Source: Octopus vulgaris (taxonomy: Eukaryota). From it: DNA of 64,000 bases. Below the pieces are notes generated by a model. The model was not told the DNA's origin and did no database searches. It saw only the letters and a program-made list of their open reading frames with translations. Position 1 is the first letter of the stretch, and each line of letters begins with the position of its first letter. The stretch is from the NCBI GenBank assembly GCA_951406725.2, contig OX597831.1, positions 61,752,001-61,816,000 on the forward strand, written 5' to 3'. Below, piece after piece: positions 24,566 through 38,668 of this stretch. The position numbers were made by a program, and so were the translations under genes.

Positions 24566-25111
24566 ATATATAAAGAGTTTCTAGTTATAGATAAATTGAC
24601 ATATGTTTTGAGGTGGAATTTCATTAAAGTGGTGGATGATACATTAAATGCTCTTGCTAATGTTGCTAGTCACAGATCATTTCTGAGAAAACAAATCCAT
24701 ATTTTTCAAGTCCCTTCTTAGAAGCAAGGGAAGATATTTTTTCAGGTGAATGATCTATATATCATTGCTTATAGAATTTATCATTGCGCTAAATTAAAAG
24801 ACATTACTATTTTCCAAGTTTAGCATGGCAAGTCTGTAGAATTGTGAGCACACCAGGCAAAATGCTTAGATGCATTTCTTCTATCTTAATGCTTTAGATT
24901 CAAATGCTGTAAAGGCCAACTTTGCCTTTATTCCTCTTGGAGTTGATGAAATAATTTTGTTAAGGTTATATCTGCAGATATTCTATAAAAATTATAACCA
25001 GCACTAATTTTGCTACAAGGTTTCGTATCAAGACATCAGATGTAAACAATGAAAATGAAAATGGGTAATTAGTGTATATGCCATATTTTAGGGGGTTTTT
25101 CCCCTACAAAC

Positions 25112-25465
25112 CATCATCATCATCATCGTTTAACGTTCGCTTTCCATGCTAGCATGGGTTGAACGATTTTGACTGAGGGTTGGCGAACCAGATGGCTGCA
25201 CCAGGCTCCAATCTTGATTTGGCAGAGTTTCTACAGCTGGATGCCCTTACTAATGCCAACCACTCCGAGAGTGTAGTGGGTGCTTTTTACGTGCCACCGG
25301 CACGGGGGTCCAGTCAGGCGGTACTGGCAACGACCTTGTCTGCATCCTTTTTACACATGCCACCAGCACAGGTGCCAGTAAGGCGACTTTGGTAACGATC
25401 ACGCCCGAATGGTGCCTTTTTACATGCCACTGGCATGGAAGCCAGTTGGCTGTTCTGGCAACCAT
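25112..25465 (-). mobile_element. SINE-like family C
   Basis: Reverse complement of the 21600-21960 part. Confidence 0.8.
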
Positions 25466-26206
25466 TAACCTTAATAAAATAAGTACCAGTTAAGCACTGG
25501 GGACAATGTAACTGACTTACCCACTCCCTAGAAATGCTGGCCTTGCACCAAAATTTGAAACTCATATTTCCCTAGTTTCAAACACATAAAATAAATTGTA
25601 TTAAAACACTGGCTTTTCATATTTTAGGTTATATCGGGATAAGAGGAGCAGAAGAATAAGCACTCAGAAAGACCTGAGCCTGCAATTCTGTTTGATTTCA
25701 TATTTGAAGTTATTTCACTTTACTTATTCTATTGAAGTTGATTGGATAATAAAGAACATCATAAGGGTATTTATTCAGTTGAGCCAGGAGTTGCCAATAT
25801 TTTAGTTGATGTCATATTTCTGAATAATGAGTACAATCTATCTGCAAAAAGTTAATGTTATTTCTCTTGTGTGTTTTAAAAGCTAAATGTATGCTGACTG
25901 CATAATATGAATCAACGTTTTCTTTTGCAATCAGTTGTAATCCATTTAGGCAGATAAAGTTTGATCATCACAGGTATACAGCTGTCTCTCTCTCAAACAT
26001 CAGATTGTAAGCATTTTGTTGTCGACTCAGAAGTAACTGTTTTTTTTTTTGTTGTTGTAATGAATGTTTTCTCATATTCTGTACATGTTATAGCAGAGGT
26101 TAGAGACTTGATGTAGATTGATAATTGACATCAAACTACCAAGAGAGTACCATTTCACAAGAAAGCTAAATACATATGGGTATAACTCTCTGCTCTGTTA
26201 CCCCCC

Positions 26207-26255
<49 letters not shown>

Positions 26256-26304
26256 TATACATACACATAAATCTCCCTCCTCTCTCTCTCTCTATGTACA
26301 TATT

Positions 26305-26724
26305 CTCTTTTACTCTTTTACTTGTTCCAGTCATTTGACTGCGGCCATGCTGGAGCACTACCTTTTAGTTGAGCAAATCGACCCAAGGACTTATTCTTTG
26401 TAAGCCTAGTACTTATTCTATCGGTTCTTTTGCTGAACCCCTAGGTTACGGGGACATAAACACACCAGCATCAGTTGTCAAGCGATGTTGGGGGAACAAA
26501 CATAGACACACAAACATAACACACACACACACACACACACACATACACATGCATACATACAGTGAACTTCTTTCAGTTTCTGTCTACCAAATCCACTCTC
26601 AAGACTTTGGTTGGCCCGAGGCTATAGTAGAAGACACTTGCCCAAGGTGCCATGCAGTGGGACTGAACCCGGAACCATGTGGTTGGTAAGCAAGCTACTC
26701 ACCACACAACCACTCTTACGCCTA
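26305..26724 (-). mobile_element. SINE family A
   Basis: Match to the family. Confidence 0.9.
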
Positions 26725-26983
26725 TAAATATATATATATTTTTTTATCCATGTAGAAAAATAGACAGATTATGAATCTGGGAAATATACTTTGCCTACCC
26801 CGCCCACTCATCAACTACCCGCTTTCAAAAAGCTGAAAACACCCAATGTTTCACTTTTGCCTGATGTTTCATGTAGGCATAGAATTGTACTGAAATAGCA
26901 GATGTAAAAATATTGGAGCACCATCAGAAAACTCGACCTGCTAGAAACAACTAGTAAACAACATTATTTGTGAAGAAATTTAC

Positions 26984-27330
26984 CTGCTTTCCAAAAAGTG
27001 AACAGTGAAACATTGGGAGTTTGTAGCGCTCTGACAGTGGTGAGGTGACTGGTAGATGTTTGTGAAGGAGATTTTAGTATTTCTTTAAGAAAAGAAAAAG
27101 AAAAGAAGAAAATTCTTAAAGATTCGTTTTCTCTGTTTTTATTTTCTCCATGTGTTACCAAGGAAGAAAATTTGAAAACAGTAAAAAAATTATGAAATTG
27201 GGATGAAGAAGGAGAAAGTTAAAATATTGAGAACGTGTTTTTTTGGGGCGAAATCCTCACCCCCTGTAGTGAAAACATCGGAATCAGAAGAAAATTAGGA
27301 AAAAAAACGGCAAATATCACCTCGGACATG
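26984..27330 (-). other. Candidate (probably non-coding) first exon
   Basis: Donor CAG|GTAAAT at 26984/26983; CpGs reappear at about 27230-27660 next to a CpG-poor domain. The upstream boundary is a guess. Confidence 0.25.
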
Positions 27331-28355
27331 TTAGATACAACAGTTAAAAGAACAGGATTTCTGGGGGGAATTTCCATTAAAATTTATATTGAAGATCAGG
27401 TTTTTAAATAAACTTATCATAAACACGAATTACAGAATAGAAAAAGGTAATTTCAATTGGATTTGAGCTGTAATTTTGCACGTGTACACAGCAAGAAATA
27501 ACATAATTCATACCGTTTTTATGTTTTACCGTGTGTGTGTGTGTGTGTACCATAGGAAGTTATTTTATGGCATTCTTTCGTTAGAAGCAGTTAAGTTGTC
27601 AACTCGATCAAATGGTTAATCATATGGGATCATCGTATGATTGAGCGTTAATTCCGTAATTTTTTTTATTTCTATATGCTTTGAAGAGGGAAAAATTGAA
27701 AGAGAGGTGAAACTGAAAAGGTGACATTTACTTTGAAGTGAGAGCAGAAAATGAAAGAGAGTTGAAAGTGAAATATGCATGTACATGTATATGAAATGGA
27801 CGTGTGTGTGTGGGGGGGAGAGAGAGAGACTGAGAGACTGAGAGAGAGAGAGTGATGTGTGTTGTCATGAATCTAGTTTTTTGCATGTATGTGTAAGTGG
27901 CACTCACTCGCTCTCTGTCTCTGTATCTCTCTTTCTCACACGCACAAACGACACACATTATCTTTCATATACTTGTACATAAATACATATGCAGACATCT
28001 TCTTTTGTATGTGTGCGTGTGCATGTGAGAGAGAAAGTGAGTGACTGTATTTCCTCATAATATATAGAGAAATGGAGGTCTTTTAAGGCACACACTCATA
28101 TCGAAAATATGACTTCGTCGTTGTATAAAATTTCATTTAGAATAGTTGAATTAAAGAAAGATTATAATGTTAAATTTCTGTAATTCAAATATATAAATGA
28201 AAATAAAGTTTATTTGTTAGCCAAAAGATTACTGAATATATGGACCACTAGTTCATATATGTTTCAGGTGAGTTTGAAGGGGATGACAGGTAGAATGGAA
28301 AAAGCAGGGTGGCTGATATATATGTGTGTGTAATTATGTGCATGTATGTATATAT

Positions 28356-29747
28356 TGGGCCATCCCATAAATAATGTTTTTTCAATTGCATGAACTAAAA
28401 GTCAGTGATAGAGGATAAACTACCAGCATCAACTTGCCATAAAAGCAGGTAGTAATTTTACCATATTCTTAGAGCAAGTTTGAAGATTGCTTAAAGCTAA
28501 AATGGGAGTGACAAAGGAGCATATTCGGCATATTTTGCTTTATGAGTTCAATAAAGCAACAACACAATGGAAAGTGTGAGGAATATTGATACAGTGTAAA
28601 AGGATCAGACAATAAGCATAAGCCAGTGTCAACAGTGATTCCAGAAATTCCAAGCCAGAAACTACAGCCTAGAAGGTGAGCCTCAGTCTGGAAGATCTGT
28701 AGAGCTCGACAAGGATGTCCAGCAAACCCTAATGGAACAAAATCCCATCGTAACTGTTGAGGAACTAGCAGAGAAGTTTGGATTTGGTCATTCAACCATT
28801 GATCAACACCTGCGTGCCACTGGAAAAGTCAGAAAATTGCGTCAGTAGATTCTTCACAAACTTTCTGAGTCTAATTGTGCACAGAGAGTAAATGTGTGCT
28901 TCTTTTTACTGTCACATCTCATTATTCTTTGGACCAAATAGTAACTGGTGATGAGAAATGGGTTCTCTATAAAGATGTCAAGCGCCGAAGACAGTAGGTA
29001 GGGAAAGGAGAAACACTGGCACCCCAAGCTAAAGAAGATCTTCACCTAGGTAAGGTACTGTTATCTGTTTGGTAGAATATAAAAGGCTTAGTTCACGTTG
29101 AGTGCTCTATAAAAATGTCAAGAACCAACAAATGTGGGCAGGGAAGAAGGAACACCGGCACCCCAGGCCGAAGAAGGTCTTCACCCACGTAACGTGCTGT
29201 TATCTGTTTGGTAGAATATAAAAGGCTTAGTTCACTTTGAGTGCTCTATAAAAATGTCAAGAACCAACATGTGTGGGCAGGAAAGAAGGAACTCCGGCAC
29301 CCCAGGCCGAAGAAGGTCTTCACCCACGTAATGTGCTGTTATCTGTTTGGTGGGATATGAAAGGTTTAGTCCACTTTGAACTTATAAACCTAAGCCAAAC
29401 GATAACAAAGGTGATCTACTGTGAGAAGCTCAAGTCAGTACTAGAAGAAAGATGCCCATCTTTGGTTTCAAGACAAAAGGTGTTCTTCCATCAGGATAAT
29501 GCTCGGCCACATACAGTGAGGGTGACATTCCAAAGGCAGTAGCAGTTTGAATTGGAAATGATGCCCTACCTATCATATTCGGTGGACCCATCTGATTAGT
29601 ATTTATTATGAAATCTTCAAGATCAAAGCTGGAAGGGCATTGTAGAAAACGAAGGAGAGTATATTTTAGAATAAAAAAGAACATTGATTATCTTAATTGT
29701 GAAAAATAAGAGATATATAAAAAAAGCATATTATCTAAGGGATAACC

Positions 29748-29750
<3 letters not shown>
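28356..29750 (+). mobile_element. Decayed mariner transposon with internal triplication
   Basis: Terminal repeats ttgggccatcccataaataat / attatctaagggataacccaa; motifs LDQIVTGDEKWVLY, LLSVWWDMKG, FHQDNARPH. Confidence 0.9.
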
Positions 29751-29807
<57 letters not shown>

Positions 29808-29900
29808 GTAGATATATATTCATATCTATATGCACATATATATACACACACACATATATAAATATATATATATGTATGTATATACATATATATAGGGGGG

Positions 29901-29954
<54 letters not shown>

Positions 29955-30520
29955 AAGCAAATGAATAACAAGGATATCCAGGTATTAGTGCATTACAGCT
30001 GTTCAAGTCGATCCATTTAATCAATCAATGTAAATATTACATTAATTTGAAATATACTACTCTCCTCGGATGCGTATGAGCATATAGATTTCTAACATAC
30101 AGGATACTCCATTATAATTTTTTTAGTAAATTTTTCATCAGTACTAGAGACAAAAATACATTATTTCTTTTTGCTATTATTATATCAGAATGAAGTCTAT
30201 TATGAGTGGCAGAAGAAAATAATGGTCGTCAATAAAGAGGAATGATGATATAGCTACATTCATTTATATCCTTATCACATTCAACAGACCCAATCTATAT
30301 AGACATATACGTCAAAGGAGAGCGATTTATTTCAAATTGGTGAAATGTTTGCATTGATCAATTAAATGGAGGTGCTTGGAACAGCCATAATGCACCAATA
30401 CCTGGACACCCTTGCTACTTGTTACTTATTTGCACTTTATTCACCTAACTTCAAGCTGTGCGGATAATATTGGACAGACTTGGTCCCTCAAGTATTTAAT
30501 CCAACTGAATCTTAATTATT

Positions 30521-30883
<363 letters not shown>

Positions 30884-30886
30884 ATT

Positions 30887-32936
30887 GGGTAGACCATCGA
30901 TACTTGGAGGCAGTCCTGAGAGCGGCTGGTTTTGGTCCCGTCTTCCGCGGCTGGATAGTTGCCTTGTACAGAGGCATCCGTTCGGTAATTCGCGTAAATG
31001 GACATCTATCGAGACCTTTCGACTTTGCACGTTCGGTCCGTCAGGGATGCCCCCTCTCGGCGCTTCTATACGTATTGACTCTTGAGCCACTACTGCGGAA
31101 GCTGGCGACTCTGAGGGGCATCCCGCGAGAATGAGGATGCGGGACGAGCGTGTCTGCATACGCGGACGACGTCACCATCATAGTGTCAAGCCACGAGCAC
31201 ATCGAGCGGGTCGGTGAGACACTGAAAGACTACAAAGCGGTGACAGGAGCAAAAATCAACCGGAAAAATCAGTGGGCTTGCGGCTCGGCACCTGGAGAAG
31301 CAAGCCCATGCCGTCCACCAGTACCTCCGTCGTGGGACGCTGGACAGACGGCCCGGTTGAGTTGCTCGGGGTCTGGTTCGGTCCGGACCTCCAAATGGAG
31401 AAGAACTGGAACGAGATAACGAGTAGGGTGGTCACTCTCGCCCAGCAATGGGCCGAGAGGAAACTGTCCCTAAAAGGTCGGGCGGAGGTGGCGAACGCGT
31501 ACATCGCGTCCATCATCTACTACCGCCTGACCGTTGTACCTTGTCCCGACCCTACTATCACCAAACTAGAACGCATCCTCTTCCGCTTCCTGTGGAAAGG
31601 ATGCGTCCCGATGGTCAGGCGATCCATTTGCTGTCAACACCCGTTAAAAGGAGGGCTGGGCATGCCGTGGTTGATGATGTGCAGACGCGCGCCGAGACTG
31701 CGACATCTCCGGCTCTATGTAGACGACGGTGAACAGGTGTGGTCGCCGTTTGTGAGGCACGCATTCCTGCAACTCGTCTCCTTGACCGAACTGCAGTCAT
31801 GGATCAAAAAGAGGCCGAGGAAGGGCGAATGGCACCGCGAGTGTCGCGTTGCTCTCAAGCAACTCTGCCGTCCCGGGTCGACCTTGAGTGACTTCAACAC
31901 AACCAAAGCATTCTATAGGGGATTAGTGGAGGGGAGGTACGACGACGAACTCGGGGCAAACCTGGGCGTCGACGAGGAATACCTGACCCGCCTGTTTCAA
32001 ACGACTTTCGGCCCGGGACCTATGGACAACTTCCAGAGATCCCTGGCCTGGCGGTGCTACCGAGAAGCGCTACCCGTTCGGGATAAGCTCTATAGGCATA
32101 GCTCGAGAAACACGGGGCCGACCTGCCCGAGATGCGGGCAGAGCGACGAAACCGCTCTGCATGCAATTGGGCAGTGTCCAGCAATTTACGACCTGTGGGC
32201 TTATGTCGAACGACTGCTGTCACGTGTGGGACGGGCCGGTCTATCAGCCGAGTCTATCGTTAATATCGTCACGCCTCCTTCCTTCAAACGGGAAGGAAGA
32301 GCTATTTTTATCATACTTGTGGCTATGGCGAAAGAATGTATCTGGTGGACGCGCCTGAAAGGATTAGAGACAAACACTTTCCTCTCTGGTCAATCTCTCA
32401 TCAACTTCTTCAAGCATCACTTGAAGAGGAAAGTGAGAGTAGAGAGGCAAGTTTTGTCTAGTGAATGTTTTAAAAAAAGATGGGTGAATGTAGCAAGGAT
32501 GGCATGTATGAATGACGAAGCCACCTTGACTATGATTCTATCAACCGTAAAAATTAATACAGAGTTGCTTATTTGCAAAAAAAAAAATAAAAAGAAAGAA
32601 ATATAACATGTGACTTCATTGACCGAGGTTACCGTGGTCTTTTTCGTAGGCTTTTCTTTCCACGGGTAAACCTCACCTGTTCTCCCCTTTACACTTCATA
32701 TTGACATTTCTGTGATTATGATCCCTATTGATCAACTTTTTTCCTCTCCCCTTTTCTTTTTTTTTTCCCTCTCCCCCTTTTTTTTTAAATCCTCCCCTTT
32801 TTTTGTCCTCTTTCTTTCCTTTTACGATCCCTTTTGATCGAAAACCAACCCCCTTTTTTTTTTTACCCCCAAAAGAAAAGCTCTACCTTGTAATTTGTTC
32901 TGTCTGCGTGCAGCCCTGTGTGCTTAATAAAGAAAC
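30887..32936 (+). mobile_element. 5'-truncated Tx1/L1-clade LINE (RT and zf-RVT), with one stop and one frameshift
   Basis: SVRQGCPLSALLY, AYADD, LSLKGRAEVAN, LKGGLG, CPRCGQSDETALHAIGQC; 3' UTR with hairpin 32625-32674 and AATAAA at 32926. Confidence 0.95.
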
Positions 32937-32937
32937 A

Positions 32938-33260
<323 letters not shown>

Positions 33261-33729
33261 ACGTGTGCGTATAACATTATTGCTACTTTTGTAAATAATT
33301 ATATACTCAATAGTTCAGTCGATGACATTAATTTTGTGAGTATTTCTAAGAAGGGGAGGAGAAAGAGGATAAAATAATGTTAAAGCAGCATCTACCTGTG
33401 CATCTTTATTGTGAAACACAGCACAACCCACATCATTTCCATTTGTTCATACATCAAATAGATTCCCAAAACAAATACGCTTTAATCAAAATGCTTTCAT
33501 CATTTCTTCTTCCATAAATTTTAATTAACGTCAGAATTAATACTCAGAACAGGTGTATGGAATAGTATTTATGAATGTTGCCTTGTATGAGGATTATTTA
33601 TTTTATTTCCCATAGCAACAGTCTTGTAAGTGCAAGTATTACTTTGATAATAGATAAAAAAATATATTAGAAAATGTTCATTTCTATTTGTATGACTTTC
33701 AAACATCTGTTTTGTAAATGTCTACTCAG

Positions 33730-33821
33730 ATCTGTATTGTGTTAATAGAAGCACTGAAATCTAAGGCAACCGGTGCATTCTGCATTAGCAATGGTCAACA
33801 CAAAGAAAAGCAATATACGAG
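33730..33821 (+). other. Candidate isolated exon
   Basis: tctactcag acceptor and consensus donor GAG|GTAAGT; one open frame (ICIVLIEALKSKATGAFC...), no recognisable homology. Confidence 0.2.
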
Positions 33822-34308
33822 GTAAGTTTGCATTGTGTTAAGAGAAATATTTAAATTTCATTTAAAATAAATTAAGTATATTTTCATATATGAATTTTCG
33901 TATATGAAATAAATTTTCTTTTCATAGCACAGAGACACACTTTACCTTTTACAACTTCTTTTAACAATATGAATGAGTCTCATATGAACAAAGTTTATTT
34001 CCATGGTTGATACCATTATGGTATTTGTTTGACAAACTACTTTATGATTTTATATAGAAATTTTAGAGGTATTTCTTTAACCTCAAGGAGGACAATATAG
34101 TTAGATGATTCAATATTTTACAGGTAATTAAGGCAGCACTCCGGGCGAAATTCTTAACGCATTTCTTCGAACCTTGTGTACTAATATAGTATAGAAAGAT
34201 AACAGGCTAATGTCACTAGTAGGAGAGTTTAGGATGGTAAAGGAGGAAGATGAAATATTGTAAACTGAATAGATTAAGGGAAGTTTAGAGAGATAGATAG
34301 ATAGATAA

Positions 34309-34349
<41 letters not shown>

Positions 34350-34714
34350 AGATGGATAGATAGATAGATAGATAGATGGATAGCTAGCTAGATAGATAGA
34401 AGGGTAATTAGATAGATAGAAAGGTAGATAGAAAGGCAGGGCATACATGTGGCATGTAATCTGTGGATAGCCTTGTTGCTAGTTGTTAGATTAGATTTAT
34501 TCACATGGGTGCTTTTGGAGATCAAAGATCGTTCTTCAGACATTCTTTCCATTTACTTTTTGTGGTGGTCATTGCTGGTACTGGTTAAAAGCTCTGGAAG
34601 CAGTAGATGTACTTCCAGCTTTTGAGCTCATTCTGGCAGTCACGGCTGGGTGCTTTCTTCCTAACAAACTATGCCTCTGTGATTCTCAGGTTGATAGTAT
34701 CTGCTCTCAGAATA

Positions 34715-34866
34715 TGTCCTGAGTTCATATTCTGCCAAGGTCGACTTTACCTTTCATACTTTCGGGGTCGATAAAATAAGTACCAGCTGAGCACTGGGGT
34801 TGACGTAATCAACTCAGCCACTCCCTCGAAATTGCCAGCAATGTGCCAAAATTTGAAACCAATATT
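34715..34866 (+). mobile_element. SINE family B fragment
   Basis: Nin-like domain match. Confidence 0.75.
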
Positions 34867-35290
34867 CTGCAGGTAATTTGTTTTGCCACATCAAGAGAGA
34901 GGACCATGCTACAGCTTTTATCACCGAAAAAACAATTATGGAATTTTGTCTTCCTCTATATATCCAGTTACTGTGTAACGTTGGTTAAGCACAATTTATT
35001 GGGCTAACCAATAACAAATTATTTGAGTAATACCTACTCTCTAATTAACAGCTAACTATTTATCCTGTCAAAGTTTCAAGTGTCTTCGGACCAGAGGATA
35101 AAGGATATACTAAGATAATACAATTTTAGAATTTTATATGGTATTCAAAGTTAGTTTTATTCTTCTCTAGTTCCCCTAAATAAAGAACATTATATGAATG
35201 AGTAAGAATCAATAAAGTTCGACTGGCTAAATATAGCAGCTAAATTTCTGTCAAAATACATATTACAATCAGTTGAATGTAAACTTTTAT

Positions 35291-35385
35291 ATATCATGTT
35301 GAAAGCACTGGTTCTCGTCCAATCACCATACTTAAGCAACGTTTAGCCAAGTGAGTACTTAGATGGGTGATCGCCTGGGAACCCT
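35291..35385 (+). pseudogene. 5S rRNA-derived fragment
   Basis: gttgaaagcactggttctcgtccaatcacc..ttaagcaacg...agtacttagatgggtgatcgcctgggaa matches the 5S body; both ends are missing. Confidence 0.85.
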
Positions 35386-35619
35386 CTGTAACCCTCACGT
35401 TTCTCGTAAATTACCATCTTACGTTAAATACACTGATCGTTCCATAGGAATAGAGTGTAAACAAAAGTGGGCTGAAACTGATAACTTTAAAAGTTTTGAA
35501 CAGATTTTGATATACTTTTAATGGGGTATTCCTAAGGTAGTTGTCAACCGAACCCATGAGAATTATAAAAGTACACTCAATATTTTTATAGGTATATGGG
35601 TCCAAATCCGTGTTAAATC

Positions 35620-36948
35620 TGACAAGAAACCACACCTCTTCACCCAACCTGAACTCAATTATATAGTTCGTGATCTAACATTTTCTAAGCAACACAGTGA
35701 AGTCCTGGTCTTACGTGAGCAACACTGGAACCTTTTGGATAAAGATGCTCGTATTACAGTATTTAGGAAGCATTCTGCTGATCTACAGCTACTCTTCATT
35801 TTGGAAATCTTGTAATTATATCACAGACCTATTCAATGCCTTTGAGCTGACTTATGAACAAAATGAGTGGAGATTATTCATGGATGCATCCCGTTACAGC
35901 CAAAGAACGATTCTGATTCGCATTGGGAACATCATGTCTTCAGTTCCAATTGCTCACTCAGTAATTTTAAGAGAGACATGAGAATCTAGCTTTTATTCTA
36001 GACCTCATACATTACAAGGAGCATGAGTGGTTAATTTGTGTAGACTTGAAAGTAGTAGCCCTACTTAATTGGCTGCACACTGGACACACCAAGTTCATAT
36101 GCTTCTTTTGCAAATGAGACAGTAGGGTCAGATCAGAACATTATGTAAGCTCAGAATGGTAACGTTGGGAAACTATGACGCCTGGAGGCCATAATGTAAA
36201 TCATGTGCCACTAGTATTGAAGGAGAAAATTATTTTGCCGCCACTGCATATAAAACTAGGTCTAATGAAGCAACTTACTAAGCCCTGCAACATATCAAGC
36301 CATGTTTGCAGTACCTCAAGGCGATCTTCCCTAAAGTAAGTGATGCCAAGATTAAAGCTGATGAGGACTTCGAGACAACAATGGATGAAACTGAGCTAGC
36401 AGCATGGTATGCATTCAAAGATGTATGCAAAGGACTTTTGGGAAAGCGACAAATGGCCAAGCGAGAGAGTACAGTGGAGTGCCAAATCAAGTGCTACCAA
36501 GATCTCGGATACAATATGTCACTGAAGATACGCTTTCTTCATTCTCATCTGTCCTTCTAACCCGAGAATGCAGGAGATGTGAGTAATGAACATGGAGAGA
36601 TGTTCCATCAAGATACAGCCTCAAAGAAAAACAGTTGTAAGGGAAAATTGAGCCCACCTTTGCTGGCTGACTCCTGCTGGAACCCGAAGCGTGACACACC
36701 TGAGACGTCTTATAAACGAAGACGAAAATACCAAAATGTGGATTAATACATCATATAATGCTAACAAACATACCGATTCATTATATATTTATGAATAAAT
36801 TACAATGTAAATATTTAATCTGACCAAGAAAATGTGACGTGATGGGAATTTTTTTCTTATATAAAATACGAATTTAGCACAATCAACTTCATAATATAAT
36901 GTACATGAGAACTATGCTTTTTTTCTTGACCCTGAAATTTGTTGTAAT
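35620..36948 (+). mobile_element. Decayed DNA transposase, Chapaev3-like (CMC group)
   Basis: EWRLFMD, VPIAHS, WLICVDLKVV, CFFCK*DSR, IILPPLHIKLGLMK, MSLKIRFLHSHL, VSNEHGEMFHQD, ADSCW; many stops. Family name is from recall. Confidence 0.8.
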
Positions 36949-37675
36949 TAATGTAATTAAGACTCGAGTCTTGGTCAAGTCACGCAAAGTTAGATAACTC
37001 CGGTATTGTTAGACTTATCTTCTATGGTTACTTATGCTACAAGAATGTAATAAATTATATGAAAGACAATGACGAAATCATACTTTTGTCATTATCGTTT
37101 GTATTTGGCAATTTTATATCCGTTGTTAATTGATAGTTAAGCAGTGTTTTTGTTATTAATAACATATTTTTATTACAACATTTTAAATGAAAAAGCTGAC
37201 TGATTTAATTTTATTGTAATTTAATAAATATTAAAACTTTGTGTATTGGAATTCGTTTAACTGTTTCATTTAAACTACGATGAAATTTGAAATAAAATGA
37301 AATTATAATTATTTCATCTAATAACATTGATAAAAGGCTAAACAGAAAAGGGTATCTTCAAATTAAATACCCTTCATATGACACATGACATTCTCGTAGC
37401 GTAAAGAAGCGAAATTATATTTTATAATGTATCAAAATATTCATTAATTCATTGTTAGTTTATCCATTTATTCTATTTATTCTTATTGAATTTATCAATT
37501 TATTCTGACATGCGAAAGAACAAGTCTAATTATCAAACATCAAGTGAGTAAAAGTTTCACCAATAAGAAAAATAGATCCTGATCGGCGTCACCTGACTTC
37601 CTTGAAACAGCAATCAACTCTCCCTCAAAGCACATTCTACCATTTTAGAAAACACGTTTTGGATTATGTGGTCCT

Positions 37676-37760
<85 letters not shown>

Positions 37761-37835
37761 AATGTAGGATAACATTTTTTCGAAAAAAATTTTATCAATG
37801 GCCAGCATATTAAAAAGTACATTTAAAGGTAAAAT

Positions 37836-38012
37836 TATAAATAACTTATAAATAAGGGCAAACGAAAAAGTTTCTAACGCCAAATATGCCAAAAATTCGA
37901 CATATTGTCCATTTACCATATAACATTTTTCCCGATGGACAATATGTCCAATTTTCGGCATATTTGGCATTAGAAATGTTTTCGTTTGCCCTTATTCATA
38001 AGTTGTTTTTAT
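37836..38012. repeat. Imperfect inverted repeat, ~75-bp arms
   Basis: aacttataaataagggcaaacgaaaa...catattgtccat vs atggacaatatg...ttttcgtttgcccttattcataagtt. Confidence 0.85.
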
Positions 38013-38034
38013 ATATATATATATACACATATAT

Positions 38035-38435
38035 ATACCACATTACACATCAAATCGCAACACACCACCCACACACCCATCCCCACATCTTCACACCTAC
38101 ACATACATACACACATACATACTCTCTTATACACACATCACATGCACCTTTGTGTTGGGGGCTCCTTCGTGTTGGAGGTCATCTTCACCTTGTTATCTCC
38201 CCTACTTTCCCCCTTCCGTCTGACCATTTTGTCCGAGTCGGACGCCATGATAGATCGTTAGCCACTACATACTTTTTTTTCTCTCCTTATTTTTTCTGTG
38301 TACCTTTCTGTAGAAGAGTGTAGGCTCGAAACGTAAAAGACTTTTTCTATTCCTGAGCGTTATACTAATACATCTGTTTGTTTTGTACAGCACCTGTTTT
38401 CCTCTTTTGTCTATTTTCGTTAATTTTCCCTTTGT
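38035..38435 (+). mobile_element. Penelope-like pLTR fragment with hammerhead-like motif at 38304-38339
   Basis: cttt-CTGTAGA-A-GAG(N6)CTC-GAAA-CG-TA-aaag, followed by a T-rich tail into (TA)n. Confidence 0.6.
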
Positions 38436-38449
38436 ATACATACATATAC

Positions 38450-38512
<63 letters not shown>

Positions 38513-38524
38513 CATACATACATA

Positions 38525-38668
<144 letters not shown>

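Noticed and set aside
24978-25064. 87-nt plus-strand exon-like segment and downstream acceptor at 25628
   Set aside because: Open and symmetric, but weak donor, AT-rich and no recognisable protein.
31272-32606. 444-aa ORF as a host gene
   Set aside because: C-terminal part of a disrupted LINE ORF2.
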